A DNA stretch of 64,000 nt from an uncultured delta proteobacterium (GTDB lineage: Bacteria > Myxococcota > Myxococcia > Myxococcales > Anaeromyxobacteraceae). The notes beneath the pieces were generated by a model. It searched no databases, was not told the origin of the DNA, and saw only the letters and a program-made list of their open reading frames with translations. The stretch covers positions 32,001-96,000 of the forward strand of contig CAWJSR010000029.1 in assembly GCA_963845515.1 (NCBI GenBank), written 5' to 3'. This document shows positions 1 through 11,943 of the stretch, one piece after another (position 1 is the stretch's first letter; every line of letters starts with the position of its first letter). Position numbers and translations under genes: made by a program.

Positions 1-896
1 CCGTCCGCGGTCACCGCGGTCCAGCCGTCGTCCCAGAGGAGATCCTCCCACGTCCCCGCGGTGATCATCGGCTCGATGGTGAAGGTCATCCCCTCCTCCA
101 TCACGCGCCTCGCCGACCGATCGTAGTGGTGCGGGATCTGCAGGCCGGTGTGGAAGCCATCCCCGATGCCGTGGCCGCAGTAGGACCGGACCACACCGTA
201 GCCATGGCGCGACGCCCAGGCCTCGACCGCCTTGCCGATGTCGGAGACGGGGCGCCCCGGGCGGACCGCCGAGATCCCGCGCTCCAGGCACTCCCTCGCC
301 ACCCGGACGAGCCGTCGCCCCTCCTCGTCCACGTTCCCGACGAGGAAGGTGGCGGAGCAGTCGCCGTGCATCCCGTCCAGGTAGGTGGTGACGTCCAGGT
401 TGACGATGTCACCGTCCTCGAGCGGGCGGCTGTCGGGGATCCCGTGGCAGATCACCTCGTTCACGGAGGTGCAGATCGACTTGGGGAAGCCGCGGTAGTT
501 GAGCGGGCTCGGGTAGGCGCCGAGCCGGACGATCTCCGCGTGGGCCAGCTCGTCGAGCGCGTCGGTGGTGATGCCGGGCGCGACCGCCTCGCCGGTGATC
601 CGCAAGACGCGCGCGGCCGCCTGGCAGGAGCGCCGCTGCCGCGCCAGCTCGTCCGGGCCCTTCACGTCCTTGAGCGACAAGCGCGGCTGACCGGTCACGG
701 CGTACTCGGGGCCTGGAATCCCGGCTGGGACTGCGCGCGCGGGCGTCACCCGCCCCGGCAGCAGCATCCTCCGGCGCGCTGGCCTCGGCGGTGCGCCGCC
801 CGCCTGGTCGGCCTGCTCGTGACACTTCTTGTACTTCTTGCCGCTCCCGCACCAGCAGGGATCGTTGCGGCCGACCTTCTCGCCTGTGCCTACCAT
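1..896 (-). CDS. map: Type I methionine aminopeptidase with N-terminal SEC-C zinc motif (3' end runs off the window)
   Basis: Hand translation from ATG at 896 gives [26 protein letters not shown], then KSICTSVNEVICHGIP, GHGIG and FTIEPMI motifs. Absent from the ORF track because there is no stop in the window. Confidence 0.93.
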   Translation of the reverse strand, partial: MVGTGEKVGRNDPCWCGSGKKYKKCHEQADQAGGAPPRPARRRMLLPGRVTPARAVPAGIPGPEYAVTGQPRLSLKDVKGPDELARQRRSCQAAARVLRITGEAVAPGITTDALDELAHAEIVRLGAYPSPLNYRGFPKSICTSVNEVICHGIPDSRPLEDGDIVNLDVTTYLDGMHGDCSATFLVGNVDEEGRRLVRVARECLERGISAVRPGRPVSDIGKAVEAWASRHGYGVVRSYCGHGIGDGFHTGLQIPHHYDRSARRVMEEGMTFTIEPMITAGTWEDLLWDDGWTAVTAD

Positions 897-3121
897 CCGC
901 CCTGCCCGTACAGCCGGAAGATCTCGGCGAGCACCGCACCGGCCGTCTGCGAGCCGCCCACCCCCACCCCCTGCACCACGAGCGGAAGGTCGGAGTGGCG
1001 CTCCGTCGTGAAGGCCACCATCGCCTCGACGCCGCTCAGCCGGGCCGCGGGGTGGTGCGAAGGCACCGAGACCGGCCCCACGTGGATGTCGGCCCGTCCG
1101 TCGGCCCTCGGGGCGATCCGCGCCAGGAAGCGGAGCGAGCCTCCCGCGCGGAGTCTCTCCACGCCTGCCGCCGCCTCCACGTCATGGAGCCGCAGCGCGG
1201 CGTAGAGCTCGTCGAGCGTCCCCGGCCGAAGCAGCTCCGCAGGGAAGAGCGGCTCGACCGCGACCTCCTCCACCTCGACGCGCAGCCCCATCTCGCGCGC
1301 CAGGATTACCGCCTTGCGCGCCGAATCGAGCCCGGACAGGTCGTCGCGCGGATCCGCCTCGGTGTAGCCGTTGTTGTTTGCCCAGCGGACGGCCAGCGAG
1401 AGCGGCGAGCCCTTGGCGAGCTCGGTGCAGACGAACCCGAGCGTGCCGGAGAGGGAGCCCTCGATGGCGCGCACGCGATCGCCCATGCGCTGAAGCCTGC
1501 GCAGGGTGCCGATGACCGGGAGGCTCGCGCCCACCGTGGTGTCATAATGGTGGTGGCGCTTGTGCTGCCGCCGCGTCTCCCGGAGCTGGTCGATCCGGCG
1601 CTGGGACACGACGAGCGGGCGCTTGTTCGAGCCGACGACGTCGATGTCCCGCCTGAAGGCCTGTTCGTAGACGTCCTCCATCCCGCTGGCCGCGGTGAGG
1701 TCCACGAGGACCGGGCGGGGGAGGCCGGCGAGCCGGTCGAGGAGCGCCGGGGCGTTCCCGGGCTCGATGGGGCCGGTGGCGGGTGCCTCGGCAAGCCGCG
1801 CTCGCCAGCCACCGAGGTCGATCCCGGCGGGATCGAAGGCGGTCCCGCGCCGGTCGGAGATCCCGACGACGCGCAGCACCACCCCGTAGTCCCGCTCCAG
1901 CTCGGTCCGCTGGGCGGCCAGCTGGTCGAGCAGCTCGGCCCCGACCTTCCCCTTGCCGAGGACTACGAGGGAGATGCCGTGCTCGTCGAAGGCACGCTCG
2001 ACGGCCTGCCCGTCCTCGCGGGAGCGCGAGCGCTCCTCTCCGCGGAAGTCGGCCACCATCCCGGAGAGCCGGTCGACGTCGATGAGGAAGGCGTCGTGGC
2101 CGTGCGGAGAGTCCATGACGGCGAGCTTCGCGCTCGGGACGAGCCGTGCGACCTCGCGCTGCTCCGCGGGCCAGTACAGGACGTCCGAGTCGATCGACAC
2201 CACCAGCGTCGGCTGCCGGATCGAGCGAAGGACCTCCTCGAAGTCGCCGCGCCCGCGGGCGACGTCGTGGGTGTCCATCGCCTCCGTCAGGACCACGTAG
2301 GTGGCGGCGTCGAAGCGCTCCACCATCGCGCTCCCCTGGTGGCGCAGGTAGCTCTCCACCGCGAAGAGGTCCTCCGCCTGCTGGCGGCGCGCGAACCGCT
2401 CCTCGAAGCTGGGCATCGACCGGTACGCGCACATCGCCATCATGCGGGCGGCGGCGAGGCCGGCGTCGGGGGGATCCTGCGGGTCGTACCGGCCGCCGCA
2501 CCAGCGCGGGTCGGCGAAGATCGCCTGCCGCTGCGCCTCGGAGAGGCCGATCGCCCACGCCGAGTGGCGGGCGGTGCTCGCGATGAAGACGACCGAGCCG
2601 ACGAGCTCCGGGAAGAGCAGCGCCCACTCGATGGCCTGCATCCCCCCCAGCGAGCCGCCGATGACCACCGGCACCCAGCGGACCCCGAGCGCCGCGACGA
2701 GGGCCTGCTGCACCCTCACCATGTCCCGCACGGTGATCGGCGGGAAGTCTCCGAGGTACGGCCGGCCGGTCGCCGGATCGAGCTCGGTGGGGCCGGTGGT
2801 GCCGTAGCAGCTGCCGAGGATGTTCGCGCAGACGATGAAGTCCCGGTCTGGATCGAAGGCGCGCCCGGGGCCGAACATGCGCGCCCACCAGGAGTCGACG
2901 TCGGCCGTCCCGGTGAGCGCGTGGCACACGATCACCGCGTTCCGGCCGTCGGGGGCGAGCCGTCCCCAGGTCCGGTAGCCGACCCGCACGCGCTCCAGCC
3001 GCCCGCCGAGCTCCAGCTCCAGGGGACCGGGGAGGTCCCAATAGAGCGTCTCTGGCGAGTGGAACGCCTTGCGCTGTGCGCCCCGGTCCGACTTATCGGA
3101 GCTGTCGGTCGTCTGGGCCAT
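890..3121 (-). CDS. metX: Homoserine O-acetyltransferase fused to a C-terminal homoserine dehydrogenase
   Basis: N-half has HALTG, GGSLGG nucleophile elbow and HGHDAFL; C-half has GKGKVG Rossmann motif, GASLPVI and [19 protein letters not shown]. Confidence 0.9.
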   Translation of the reverse strand: MAQTTDSSDKSDRGAQRKAFHSPETLYWDLPGPLELELGGRLERVRVGYRTWGRLAPDGRNAVIVCHALTGTADVDSWWARMFGPGRAFDPDRDFIVCANILGSCYGTTGPTELDPATGRPYLGDFPPITVRDMVRVQQALVAALGVRWVPVVIGGSLGGMQAIEWALLFPELVGSVVFIASTARHSAWAIGLSEAQRQAIFADPRWCGGRYDPQDPPDAGLAAARMMAMCAYRSMPSFEERFARRQQAEDLFAVESYLRHQGSAMVERFDAATYVVLTEAMDTHDVARGRGDFEEVLRSIRQPTLVVSIDSDVLYWPAEQREVARLVPSAKLAVMDSPHGHDAFLIDVDRLSGMVADFRGEERSRSREDGQAVERAFDEHGISLVVLGKGKVGAELLDQLAAQRTELERDYGVVLRVVGISDRRGTAFDPAGIDLGGWRARLAEAPATGPIEPGNAPALLDRLAGLPRPVLVDLTAASGMEDVYEQAFRRDIDVVGSNKRPLVVSQRRIDQLRETRRQHKRHHHYDTTVGASLPVIGTLRRLQRMGDRVRAIEGSLSGTLGFVCTELAKGSPLSLAVRWANNNGYTEADPRDDLSGLDSARKAVILAREMGLRVEVEEVAVEPLFPAELLRPGTLDELYAALRLHDVEAAAGVERLRAGGSLRFLARIAPRADGRADIHVGPVSVPSHHPAARLSGVEAMVAFTTERHSDLPLVVQGVGVGGSQTAGAVLAEIFRLYGQGGW

Positions 3122-3135
3122 GCGCGGGACTGGCG

Positions 3136-3165
3136 AATGTATCGGCGGTGCAAAAGGGGTGTCAA
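3136..3165 (-). promoter_or_regulatory. Sigma70-like promoter for metX
   Basis: Minus strand TTGACA-18 nt-TACATT, ending 14 nt before the ATG at 3121. Confidence 0.6.
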
Positions 3166-3249
3166 GGAAGGGACCGGTCCTCCGGGACGACGGTATACTG
3201 CCGGGATGCGCCGGCGGCCCGACTTGCCGGGCAGCCCAAGGAGGACGCG

Positions 3250-3783
3250 GTGAGCGCCCAGACGACCCCCACCACTCCCCAGGACGCCCAGGCCACCGAG
3301 CTCGGGAAGCGCCTGGCGGGGAAGTACATGACCTTCCAGCTCGCGAAGGAGGAGTACGGCCTCGAGATCCTCAAGGTGAGGGAGATCATCGGCCTGATGG
3401 AGATCACGCGCGTCCCGCGGACCCGCGACTTCATCCGCGGCGTCATCAACCTGCGCGGCAAGGTGATCCCCGTCGTGGACCTGCGGCTCAAGTTCGGGAT
3501 GGCCGCCTGCGAGCCGACCGACCAGACCGTGATCATCGTCGTCCAGTACTCCCTCGACGGCGGCCGCCCGCTGACGATGGGGATCCTCGTGGACCAGGTG
3601 CTCGAGGTCCTCTCGATCGACGGCACCCACATCGAGCCACCGCCGTCGCTCGGGAGCGCGTCGCTCGACAGCGAGTTCATCCTCGGCGTCGGGAAGCACG
3701 AGAAGCGGATCGTCTTCCTGCTCGACATCGCGCGGGTCCTCTCGACCGACGAGGCCACCGACGTGGCCAGGGTCGCCAGCTGA
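3250..3783 (+). CDS. cheW: Chemotaxis protein CheW
   Basis: GTG after [20 protein letters not shown] and [16 protein letters not shown] motifs. Confidence 0.93.
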   Translation: MSAQTTPTTPQDAQATELGKRLAGKYMTFQLAKEEYGLEILKVREIIGLMEITRVPRTRDFIRGVINLRGKVIPVVDLRLKFGMAACEPTDQTVIIVVQYSLDGGRPLTMGILVDQVLEVLSIDGTHIEPPPSLGSASLDSEFILGVGKHEKRIVFLLDIARVLSTDEATDVARVAS

Positions 3784-3803
3784 ACGGCGCGGGCGGAGGG
3801 AAC

Positions 3804-5771
3804 GTGGTCGGCTCGAGAGCGGCTCCCCTGGTCGTGACGGCGTCCGCCTTGGCGGCGGCCTTCACCGCGACCGTCGGCCTGCTCGCCTGGGCTGCGGTCG
3901 GCTCGGCCGCGACGGGCCTCGTCCTCCTCGCCGGCAGCGCCGGGATGCTCGCCGGCGGGTACTGGCTCGCGGCCAGGGTCAGGGCCGCCGCCGAGGGCGA
4001 CGTCCGCGGGGCGAGCGCCGCCAGCGAGGCCGACGCGACCGCCCGGCTCGCACCCCTCCAGCGCGAGCTCGCAGAGGGGAAGGAGCGGCTCGCCGCCCTG
4101 CAGGCCGAGCTCGAGCGGGCTGCGAGCGAGCAGCTGGCGGGCGATCCCGATGCGCTCGCCGCCGAGGAGCGCTTCCACGGCCCGCTGCGCGCCATCGCCG
4201 TGGCCGCCAACTCGACGACGCGCCACCACGTCACGGCCCTGCGCGACGTGCTCGACCTCCTCGACGCCTGGGCACGTGGTGACTTCGCGCCGGAGCTACG
4301 TCCACTGGATGGGAGGCCGGCCCAGGCCCAGGAGGTCGTGGGGCGCGTCCGGGCCAACCTCCGTGGCGTCACGCAGGAGCTGCGGGCGCTCACCAGCGCG
4401 GCGGTCGAAGGCCGGCTGGACGTCCGCGCCGATCACCAGCGGTTCCCCGGGGAGTGGCAGGCGCTCGTGCGCGGCGTCAACGAGACGCTCGACTCGGTCC
4501 TGATGCCGCTGCTCATGTCCGCCGAGAGCTTCGAGCGCATCTCGCGCGGCGACATCCCCGAGAAGATCACGGAGGGGTTGAAGGGCGAGTTCGACACCAT
4601 CCACCAGAACGTCAACCGCTGCATCGACGCCGTGAAGGGGCTCGTCCAGGACGTGGACCAGCTGGCCACGGCCGCCATCGCCGGCAGGCTGGGGGTCCGC
4701 GCCGACGCGTCACGCCACGAGGGCGAGTTCCGCCGCATCGTGGAGGGGATCAACCGGACGCTCGACGCCGTGCTCGCCCCCATCGACGAGTCCACGAAGG
4801 TGCTGGAGCGGCTCGCGAACCGCGACCTGACCGCCCGGGTGAACGGCGTCTACCGCGGGGAGCACGCCCGCATCCAGGAGGCGATCAACTCGAGCGCAGA
4901 GGCGCTCCACGAGGCGATGGGCCAGGTCGCCACGGTCGTCGACCAGGTCTCGAGCGCGGCGGTCCAGATCGCCTCGTCGAGCCAGTCGGTGGCGAGCGGC
5001 GCCTCCGAGCAGGCCTCCTCGCTCGCCGAGTACGCCACCACGGTCGAGCTCATCGCGTCGATGCTGCGACGCACCTCGGACCAGGCGGGCCAGGCCGACG
5101 CCACGGTCCGCGGGGCGCGCGACGCCGCCTCGGAGGGGTCCCAGTCCATGACCCGGATGCTGGCCGCGATGGCCTCGATCCGGACGTCGACCGAGGGGAC
5201 CTCCCAGATCATCAAGGACATCAACGAGATCGCCTTCCAGACCAACCTGCTCGCCCTCAACGCCGCGGTCGAGGCGGCCAGGGCCGGCGAGGCGGGGCGC
5301 GGCTTCGCCGTCGTCGCCGAGGAGGTCCGCTCGCTGGCGCTGCGCTCGAAGCAGGCGGCGGCGAGGACCGAGTCGCTCATCCGCGACTCCCTGCGGCAGG
5401 CCAACGAGGGCGAGGGGACGTCGCGCCACGTCGCCGAGCGGCTCGGGGCGATCGTGACCGCGGTGGAGAAGACCACCGCCATCGTCGCCGAGATCGCGGC
5501 GAGCTCCCGCGATCAGGCGGACGGGATCAGCGGCGTGATGCGCGCCGTCTCCGAGATGGACAAGGTCACGCAGCAGAACGCGGCCTCCGCCGAGCAGTCC
5601 TCGTCCGCCGCGACCGAGCTCTCCGGCCAGTCCCAGGAGCTCGCGACGCTGGTCGACGCCTTCACGCTGGGTGACGCGCGCAGCTCGCGGCACCGTGGGG
5701 CGGGCGTCGAGCCGCGTGCTCGCGGCGGGTCGACGGGCGGGTTCGGGGACGGGGACCTCTCGGAGTTCTAG
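3804..5771 (+). CDS. Methyl-accepting chemotaxis protein with two adjacent TM helices and tandem HAMP-like repeats
   Basis: [34 protein letters not shown] signalling hairpin; repeated GRLxVRAD..GE(W/F)..GxN units. GTG start after GGAGG is inferred. Confidence 0.9.
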   Translation: MVGSRAAPLVVTASALAAAFTATVGLLAWAAVGSAATGLVLLAGSAGMLAGGYWLAARVRAAAEGDVRGASAASEADATARLAPLQRELAEGKERLAALQAELERAASEQLAGDPDALAAEERFHGPLRAIAVAANSTTRHHVTALRDVLDLLDAWARGDFAPELRPLDGRPAQAQEVVGRVRANLRGVTQELRALTSAAVEGRLDVRADHQRFPGEWQALVRGVNETLDSVLMPLLMSAESFERISRGDIPEKITEGLKGEFDTIHQNVNRCIDAVKGLVQDVDQLATAAIAGRLGVRADASRHEGEFRRIVEGINRTLDAVLAPIDESTKVLERLANRDLTARVNGVYRGEHARIQEAINSSAEALHEAMGQVATVVDQVSSAAVQIASSSQSVASGASEQASSLAEYATTVELIASMLRRTSDQAGQADATVRGARDAASEGSQSMTRMLAAMASIRTSTEGTSQIIKDINEIAFQTNLLALNAAVEAARAGEAGRGFAVVAEEVRSLALRSKQAAARTESLIRDSLRQANEGEGTSRHVAERLGAIVTAVEKTTAIVAEIAASSRDQADGISGVMRAVSEMDKVTQQNAASAEQSSSAATELSGQSQELATLVDAFTLGDARSSRHRGAGVEPRARGGSTGGFGDGDLSEF

Positions 5772-6845
<1,074 letters not shown>

Positions 6846-6854
6846 GAAGCACAA

Positions 6855-6971
6855 GGCGCGCAGGCTCGAGCCGAGGTCGGGCGCATGACGAGCGAGCAGC
6901 GGAGCCGTACATTTTCGTACGGCGAGCAGCACAGCGAGGAGTCCGCCCGAGATCGGCCGAGACCGCGCGCC
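6855..6971. repeat. Palindromic REP/MITE-like element between convergent cheB and cheX
   Basis: Imperfect outer inverted arms (GGCGCG..CTCG.GCCGA..TCGGGCG / CGCCCGA..TCGGC.CGAG..CGCGCC) enclose a perfect hairpin GCCGTAC-ATTTTC-GTACGGC at 6904-6923. Confidence 0.6.
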
Positions 6972-6972
6972 G

Positions 6973-7425
6973 TTATCGGCCGGGCTCCAGGTCCAGCTCC
7001 AGCACGACCAGGTCGCCGGTGTCCACGCGGACAGCGGCAGCGCAGGTGGTGTGCCGGTCCGCTGGCGCCTCGTCGGCCACCGCCGGGAGCCCGAGCTGGA
7101 AGGGCACCTTGGTGCCGAAGTGCCGGGTGACGAAGGCGCCTCCCAGGACGTTCAGGATCTCGCCGAGCGCGTTGCGCCCCTGCTCGTCGGCCTCGGGGTC
7201 GTTCGGATCGATCCCGAGCATGTTGGCCGCCAGGTTCCGCGCGAGGTTCCGGCTCGCTGTCAGCCTCAGCTGGCCTCCGCGCACCGCCTCGAAGTCGATC
7301 GTCGCGCTGAAGACGTCAGTGTCGTACGCCTGCGGGACGGCCTCCGGCTCGATCATGAAGAAGGCGGCCTCCTCGAGGACGTTGCTCAAGACCTCGGTGA
7401 GCAGCTGCGGGGTCGGCTCAGACAT
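6973..7425 (-). CDS. cheX: CheX-family phosphatase
   Basis: ALGEILNVLGG (ExxN) motif; last gene of the cheA operon. Confidence 0.75.
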   Translation of the reverse strand: MSEPTPQLLTEVLSNVLEEAAFFMIEPEAVPQAYDTDVFSATIDFEAVRGGQLRLTASRNLARNLAANMLGIDPNDPEADEQGRNALGEILNVLGGAFVTRHFGTKVPFQLGLPAVADEAPADRHTTCAAAVRVDTGDLVVLELDLEPGR

Positions 7426-7813
7426 GGCCCGCCCCCTGCGGCCCCAGGATCTCCATCACGAGATCCCGGAGCGACTCGGGCCTGAAGGGCTTCGTCAGGA
7501 ACGCCCGCGCGCCGCTGTCGAGGATCTCCTCGACGCGATCCTCGCTCATCGGCGTCGCGACTATGACGACCGGGATCCGGGAGAGCGCCGGGTCGGACGC
7601 CATCCGCTTCACGAACTCCATGCCGTTCATGACCGGCATGTTCACGTCCGCCAGGACGAGGTCGACGGGGGTGACCGCCAGGCGCTCCAGCGCCTCGACG
7701 CCGTTCGCCGCCTCGTGGACCTCGGAGATCTCGAGGCCGCAGAGCCCGATCGCCCGGCGGACCATCTTCCGGGTCACCGGGGAGTCGTCCACGACCAGCA
7801 GCTGCAATGCCAC
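7418..7813 (-). CDS. Single-domain CheY-like response regulator
   Basis: GTG after GGAGG; LLVVDDS, LADVNMPVMNG and LTKPF motifs. Confidence 0.88.
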   Translation of the reverse strand: MALQLLVVDDSPVTRKMVRRAIGLCGLEISEVHEAANGVEALERLAVTPVDLVLADVNMPVMNGMEFVKRMASDPALSRIPVVIVATPMSEDRVEEILDSGARAFLTKPFRPESLRDLVMEILGPQGAGHV

Positions 7814-7833
7814 GCCTGCCTCCTTGAGCGATC

Positions 7834-8313
7834 CTACAGGGAGATCACTTCCGACCCGGACTGGATAGTCACCTGTCCCGTGTCGACGAACAACCTCGCC
7901 GTTCTCGAACGATTTCCGCCGATATCCTCGGCGGCGATGAGCACCTGGTTCTTCCAGAAGATCTTCCGCATCATCGTGTAGTTGCGGCGCCCGATGTCGA
8001 AGGTGTCGGTGTCGCCGTGGAAGCTCCCGCCGCCGGCGACCTTGACCACGATGTCCCGCTTCTTCGCCCCCAGGAGGTACATCCGCTCGAACAGGAGCGG
8101 GATCCCGGTGTCGGCGAAGGTGCCGGGGCTGTCCTTGGCGCGGTCCGGCGAGAGCGACGCCGCCGGCAGCTGGAAGTGGAGCATCCCGGCGATCCGGCAG
8201 ACCGGATCCCACGTCATCACCGCGACGCAGGAGCCGAGCCCGTGCGTCACGAGCACCCGGCTCCGATCGTCGGAGACCTCGATCCCGCCGATGGCGACCG
8301 TGAGGAGGTTCAA
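7834..8313 (-). CDS. cheD: Chemoreceptor glutamine deamidase CheD
   Basis: THGLGSCVAV, GMLHFQLP, FADT and EDIGG motifs; TTG start overlaps the cheR stop. Confidence 0.9.
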   Translation of the reverse strand: MNLLTVAIGGIEVSDDRSRVLVTHGLGSCVAVMTWDPVCRIAGMLHFQLPAASLSPDRAKDSPGTFADTGIPLLFERMYLLGAKKRDIVVKVAGGGSFHGDTDTFDIGRRNYTMMRKIFWKNQVLIAAEDIGGNRSRTARLFVDTGQVTIQSGSEVISL

Positions 8314-9122
8314 CCGACCTCCCGGGCCCTGCGGTAGACGGAAGGTCGGTCCACGACCAGCGCCGTGTCGATGCCGTTCAGCGTCTCGGAGTGGCCGATG
8401 AAGAACCGGCCCCCAGGCTTGAGCAGCCGCTCCACCTCGGAGACCAGCCCCGCGCGCATGGGCCGGTCGAAGTAGATCATCACGTTCCGGCAGAAGATCG
8501 CATCGAGCGGTCCCGGCATCGGGTACGGCCGCTCCGAGAGGTTGACCCGCCGGAAGAGGATCCGCTCCTTCAGGCGCGACGACACCGACCACGTGGAGGA
8601 GCCGTCTCCTCCCCGCGTCCGCGTGAGGAACCGCTCGCGGAACTTCCCCGGGACGTCGGCGACCTCTTCATCGCCGTAGACGCCGCCCTGGGCGCGGGCG
8701 AGCGCGCGCGTCGAGAGGTCCGTCGCGAGGATCCGCCAGTCCCGCGTGCCCAGGAGATCGTGGACCGTCATGGCGACGGTGTACGGCTCCTCGCCGGAGG
8801 CGCACCCGGCGCACCAGAACCGGAAGCGCTGCTGTCCGGCCGCGACCGCCGCCGCGACGTCCTCCCTCAGGAGGTCGAAGTGGTCGGGCTCCCTGAAGAA
8901 CTTGGTGAAGTTGGTGGAGATCGCGTCCAGGAACAGGACGATCTCGTCCCGGGCGCCGCGCCCCTGGAGCCTGGAGAGGTACTCCTCCTCGCTGTGAAGC
9001 CCCAGATCCCGCAGCCGCTTCGCGAGCCGGGCCTGGACGAGCGCCGCCTTGCCTTCGCGCAGGTGGATCCCCGCCTGGGCGTAAGCGATCTCCTGGAAGG
9101 CGCGGAAGGCTGCGGGCGTCAT
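8310..9122 (-). CDS. cheR: Protein-glutamate methyltransferase CheR
   Basis: TNFTKFFRE, WCAGCASGEEPY, IFCRNVMIYF and IGHSE motifs. Confidence 0.95.
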   Translation of the reverse strand: MTPAAFRAFQEIAYAQAGIHLREGKAALVQARLAKRLRDLGLHSEEEYLSRLQGRGARDEIVLFLDAISTNFTKFFREPDHFDLLREDVAAAVAAGQQRFRFWCAGCASGEEPYTVAMTVHDLLGTRDWRILATDLSTRALARAQGGVYGDEEVADVPGKFRERFLTRTRGGDGSSTWSVSSRLKERILFRRVNLSERPYPMPGPLDAIFCRNVMIYFDRPMRAGLVSEVERLLKPGGRFFIGHSETLNGIDTALVVDRPSVYRRAREVG

Positions 9123-11290
9123 GCTCCGGCGGCCTCACGGGGACGAGGCGAACGATCCCGGGGGCGGGCCGCGAGCGCCGCCAGCCGGTCGACGTTCAGG
9201 ATGAGCCCTACGCGGCCGTCCGAGAGGATCGCGGCGCCGGAGAGGTACTCGGTGTCGCCGATCCCTGCGCCGAGCGGCTTGATCACCACCTGCTGCTGGG
9301 AGACTACGTCGTCCACCACGAGCCCGACCTTGCGCCCGAGCCCCTCGACGACCACCACGTGGGCCTCGGTGGGATCCCGCTCGGGCCCCTCCATCTCGAG
9401 GAGCCGGTGGAGCCGCAGGAGCGGCAGGAACTCGCCGCGGACGTTGATGAGCTCCCCCTTGCCGGCCATCACCGCCACCATGTCGGCGGTGGGGCGCAGC
9501 GACTCCACGATGGCGAGGCTGGGGATGATGTACTTCTCCCGGCCGCTGGCGACGAGCATCCCGTCGATGATCGCGAGGGTCAGCGGCAGCACCATCCGGA
9601 GCGTGGTCCCCTTCCCCGGAGCCGACACCACCGCGACGCGCCCGCGCATCCCCTCGACGTTTCGCTTCACCACGTCCATGCCGACGCCGCGCCCGGAGAT
9701 CTCGGTGACCTCCTGCGCCGTCGAGAAGCCCGGCAGGAAGAGCAGGTTGAAGATCTCCGTGTCGTTGAGGTCCGCTTCGGGGTCGACGAGCCCCTTCTGC
9801 CGCGCCAGCGTCAGGATGGCCTCCCGCTGGAGGCCGCGCCCGTCGTCCGAGAGCTCCACCACGATGCTGCCGCCCTCGTGGTACGCGGCCAGCCGCAGCG
9901 TCGCCCGCACTGCCTTCCCGGCGGCCTTCCGCTCGGCCGCGCTCTCGACGCCGTGGTCGATGGCGTTCCGGACCAGGTGGACGAGCGGCTCCTCGATCCG
10001 CTCGACCATGCTCCGGTCCATCTCGGTCTCCTCGCCGGACATCTCGACGACGACGTCCTTGCCCGTCTTCCGGGACAGGTCCCGGGCGAGGCGCGCCATC
10101 TTCTGGAACGCGCTGCGGACGGGCACCATGCGCATCCGCATGGCGAGGTTCTGCAGGTCGCGGCTGATCTTGTTGAGCTGGTTGAGGTAGTTGCGGAGCT
10201 TCAGCGAGCCGAGGGAGGTCACCTCGGGCGAGTAGATGATCATCGACTCGACGATGATGAGCTCGCCGATCATCTCGACCATCGAGTCGACGCGCTCCAG
10301 ATCGACCTTCACCGTCTCCCGGATCTGGGCGAACACGTCCTTCTGGGCACCCCGCGCCGCGTCGGTCCTGGCCGCCTGCGCAGGGTCCTCCTCGGCGGCC
10401 GGGGCGGGTGGCGCAGGCAGCGCCGGCGCCGGCGCAGGGAGCTGCGGACCCGGCAGCGTGGCCCCGGCTCCGGTGCCCGCCGCCACGCCCTTCGGCTTGC
10501 GGAGCACGTACTCCTTCTTGCGCGCCGGCTCCGCTGGCGCCTTGGGCGCCGCCTTGCGGACGACGAACTCCTTCGCGGGCCTCTCCGCTACATCCGGGAG
10601 AATCCCTGCCGCGCCGAGCCCGGCCGCCCGGTCGATCCTCTCAGCGAGCGCCGCGACCTCCGGATCGATCGGGACCGCCAGGCTGGCGTCCACCACGCGG
10701 TGCAGCTCGTCGAGCTGCCTGCGCAGGAGCGCCGTCGCGTCGAAGACGACGTCGAACGCCTCGCCGTCGAGGTCGATCTGCTTCTCCCGCGCGAGGTTCA
10801 GCAGCCCCTCGGTGGCGTGCGAGAGCGAGACGATCTCCGGGAGCTCGAGGAAGCCGGCGACCCCCTTGATGGTGTGGAAGACCCTGAAGAGCGCGTGCAC
10901 CTTCGCGGGATCGGGGCCGCCCTTCTCGATGGCGAGGAGCAGCTCATCCGCGCGCGTCAGCGCCTCGGTCGACTCCTCGATGAAGTCCCCGATGAGGTCG
11001 ATGGTCTCGGCGTCGCGGTCGACGCGGCCGGTCGTCGGTGGCGCGGACCTGGGCTCGCCGTCGAGGAGGTGGCCGAGCTCCACGAGCGCGGCCGCCGCAG
11101 CGTCGGCGCTGGCGAGCCTGGCGAGGAGCCCGTCGGCGGCCGCCGCGAGCCCGGCCGGCATCGACTCGACGAGCCTGGCTGCCTCCAGCGCCTCGCGCAC
11201 CGCCGTGAGCGAGCGAACGTCGCCTGCGTCGGCCTCGACCACGGCCGCGGCCAGCGCCGCCATCGCCTCATCAGCCCTCGGGTTTCCCAT
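9119..11290 (-). CDS. cheA: Chemotaxis histidine kinase CheA
   Basis: Hpt FRVFHTIKG, HLVRNAIDHG, SGRGVGMDVV and a C-terminal CheW-like domain. Confidence 0.95.
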   Translation of the reverse strand: MGNPRADEAMAALAAAVVEADAGDVRSLTAVREALEAARLVESMPAGLAAAADGLLARLASADAAAAALVELGHLLDGEPRSAPPTTGRVDRDAETIDLIGDFIEESTEALTRADELLLAIEKGGPDPAKVHALFRVFHTIKGVAGFLELPEIVSLSHATEGLLNLAREKQIDLDGEAFDVVFDATALLRRQLDELHRVVDASLAVPIDPEVAALAERIDRAAGLGAAGILPDVAERPAKEFVVRKAAPKAPAEPARKKEYVLRKPKGVAAGTGAGATLPGPQLPAPAPALPAPPAPAAEEDPAQAARTDAARGAQKDVFAQIRETVKVDLERVDSMVEMIGELIIVESMIIYSPEVTSLGSLKLRNYLNQLNKISRDLQNLAMRMRMVPVRSAFQKMARLARDLSRKTGKDVVVEMSGEETEMDRSMVERIEEPLVHLVRNAIDHGVESAAERKAAGKAVRATLRLAAYHEGGSIVVELSDDGRGLQREAILTLARQKGLVDPEADLNDTEIFNLLFLPGFSTAQEVTEISGRGVGMDVVKRNVEGMRGRVAVVSAPGKGTTLRMVLPLTLAIIDGMLVASGREKYIIPSLAIVESLRPTADMVAVMAGKGELINVRGEFLPLLRLHRLLEMEGPERDPTEAHVVVVEGLGRKVGLVVDDVVSQQQVVIKPLGAGIGDTEYLSGAAILSDGRVGLILNVDRLAALAARPRDRSPRPREAAGA

Positions 11291-11415
11291 CTCGCCCCGC
11301 CTCCGTCATCGCGCGCCAGCCGCTGGCTGGTAGCGCTCCCCCCTCGGCGACCCAGCATACACCAGCGTCCTACCCTGCCCGGTCCCGCCCTTCCAGACCC
11401 GACACCGACACCGTC

Positions 11416-11943
11416 CTACCCGACGCGCCGCCGCCGCGGCCGGCGACGCACGCGCTCCGCGAGCAGGAGCGCCAGCGCGCCGACGTCGTCGGCGTCGAAG
11501 GTCGGGAGCCGCCGCGGCGGCGGCTCGTCGGTGACGATCGCGACGACGCCGCGATCGTCTGCGCAGAGGAACTCCCGGCTCACGCTTCGCCGGTGGACCT
11601 CGACGCGCGGCAACCGCTCGACCTTGAACCCCTCCGCGAGCACCAGATCGACGGGCGGCAGCGTGCGCGCGAGCGCCCGCGCCCCCGGGATCGGCGGACC
11701 GAACCATGCCGTCTCGGCCGGCCCCGTGATGGCCGCCGCCACGGCGCCGGCCCGGCGCACGACCTCGGTGTCCTTCCCCGGCACGTCGAAGCCGTGCCTG
11801 TGACCGCTGTGCTTGACCACGCCGACCCGGAGCCCCAGCTCGACGAGCCGCGGGATGAGGAGCGAGATCAGCCGGGTCTTACCAGCGCCGCTCGGTCCCG
11901 AGATCGCGATGATCGGCGCTAGGCGTCGTCGTCGAGGAGCCAC
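11416..11943 (-). CDS. mobB: Molybdopterin-guanine dinucleotide biosynthesis protein B (start uncertain)
   Basis: P-loop GPSGAGKT, VKHSGH, DVPGKDT and EGFK; follows moeA. Confidence 0.85.
   Translation of the reverse strand: MAPRRRRLAPIIAISGPSGAGKTRLISLLIPRLVELGLRVGVVKHSGHRHGFDVPGKDTEVVRRAGAVAAAITGPAETAWFGPPIPGARALARTLPPVDLVLAEGFKVERLPRVEVHRRSVSREFLCADDRGVVAIVTDEPPPRRLPTFDADDVGALALLLAERVRRRPRRRRVG

Noticed and set aside
820..896. SEC-C motif on methionine aminopeptidase as a novelty
   Set aside because: This architecture is already known in bacterial MAPs.
3122..3249. SAM riboswitch upstream of metX
   Set aside because: The promoter-like sequence lies about 14 nt from the ATG, leaving no room, and no S-box motif is visible.
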